Shown piece by piece: positions 63,485 to 64,000 of a DNA stretch of 64,000 nucleotides (position 1 is its first letter; each line of letters starts with the position of its first letter). The notes below the pieces were generated by a model. The model was not told the origin of the DNA, ran no database searches, and worked only from the letters and a program-made list of their open reading frames with translations. The stretch is taken from the NCBI RefSeq assembly GCF_013004595.1, contig NZ_JABEMC010000001.1:248001-312000 (forward strand), given 5' to 3'. This DNA comes from Brevibacterium luteolum (GTDB taxonomy: Bacteria > Actinomycetota > Actinomycetes > Actinomycetales > Brevibacteriaceae). Made by a program: the position numbers and the translations under genes.

Positions 63485-64000
63485 ATGGCCAAGCGAGAGA
63501 CAGAAGTCTTCGTCATCTGGGACGAATCCTTCACGCAGTACAACTTCGGACCGACCCATCCGATGAACCCGCTGCGCCTCGACCTGACCGCGAAGCTCGC
63601 GACCGAATTCGGTCTCTTCGACCACCCTCGCATCCACATCTCCGGCGTCGGCGGCGTCGACGAGGACGCGCTCGCAGCCCTGCACACCCAGGACTTCATC
63701 GACGCAGTCAAACGCGCCGAGACGACCACGGACATCGCCCCTGACGTTGCGCAGACCTTCGGAGTCGGCACCGATGACGTGCCCCGCTTCGACAGGATCC
63801 ACGAAGCCTCCGGACGGATCTTCCAAGGCAGTCTCGAAGCCGCCCGCGCCATCACCTCGGGACGCTATGAGCGGGCGGTGAACTTCTGCGGCGGGATGCA
63901 CCATGCGATGCCGGGCAGGGCCGCCGGATTCTGCATCTACAACGACCTCGCCGCCGCCATCCAGCATTTCCTCGACCACGGCTATGAGCGGGTCTGCTAC
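63485..64000 (+). CDS. acuC: Acetoin utilization protein AcuC / histone-deacetylase family (3'-truncated)
   Basis: Read directly (not in the ORF track): MAKRETEVFVIWDESFTQYNFGPTHPMNPLRL...GGMHHAMPGRAAGFCIYND. Confidence 0.93.
   Translation, partial: MAKRETEVFVIWDESFTQYNFGPTHPMNPLRLDLTAKLATEFGLFDHPRIHISGVGGVDEDALAALHTQDFIDAVKRAETTTDIAPDVAQTFGVGTDDVPRFDRIHEASGRIFQGSLEAARAITSGRYERAVNFCGGMHHAMPGRAAGFCIYNDLAAAIQHFLDHGYERVCY

Overview
High-GC actinobacterial chromosomal segment; gene content and order suggest Micrococcales, probably Brevibacterium-like (inference). It is mostly conserved core genome: ppa, dacB-zinc protease-tilS-hpt-ftsH-folE-folP-folB/K-DUF3180-two PH-domain genes-DUF2520-lysS-lsr2-clpC1, mutY, disA-radA, prpDBC, ppx-proC, trkAH and a partial acuC. 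Accessory parts are a small AT-richer toxin-antitoxin-like pair, msrA/nitroreductase/MFS, a stand-alone RND pump, two Pro/Gln-rich membrane proteins, a DUF222/HNH gene, an FAD oxidase/ALDH/LysR unit, a TPP-riboswitch-controlled ECF transporter, a YtrA-type GntR/ABC operon and a SulP transporter. No rRNA, tRNA, CRISPR, IS or prophage was seen. The strongest unexplained signal is a non-palindromic dispersed motif, (CAC)CGCCTCGGG-NN-CGG, with at least 14 strict copies on both strands. The copies fall mainly in intergenic DNA and in linkers or tails of proteins, like uptake-signal or chromosome-organising sites. Also notable: back-to-back RecA-NDp (PafBC-type) promoters flanking a DnaA box between radA and the HNH gene, a perfect 22-bp TamR-like palindrome upstream of prpDBC, an AT shift over 3' lysS up to lsr2, and tandem echoes of stop-codon context after several genes. 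All family assignments come from motif recognition, not database searches.
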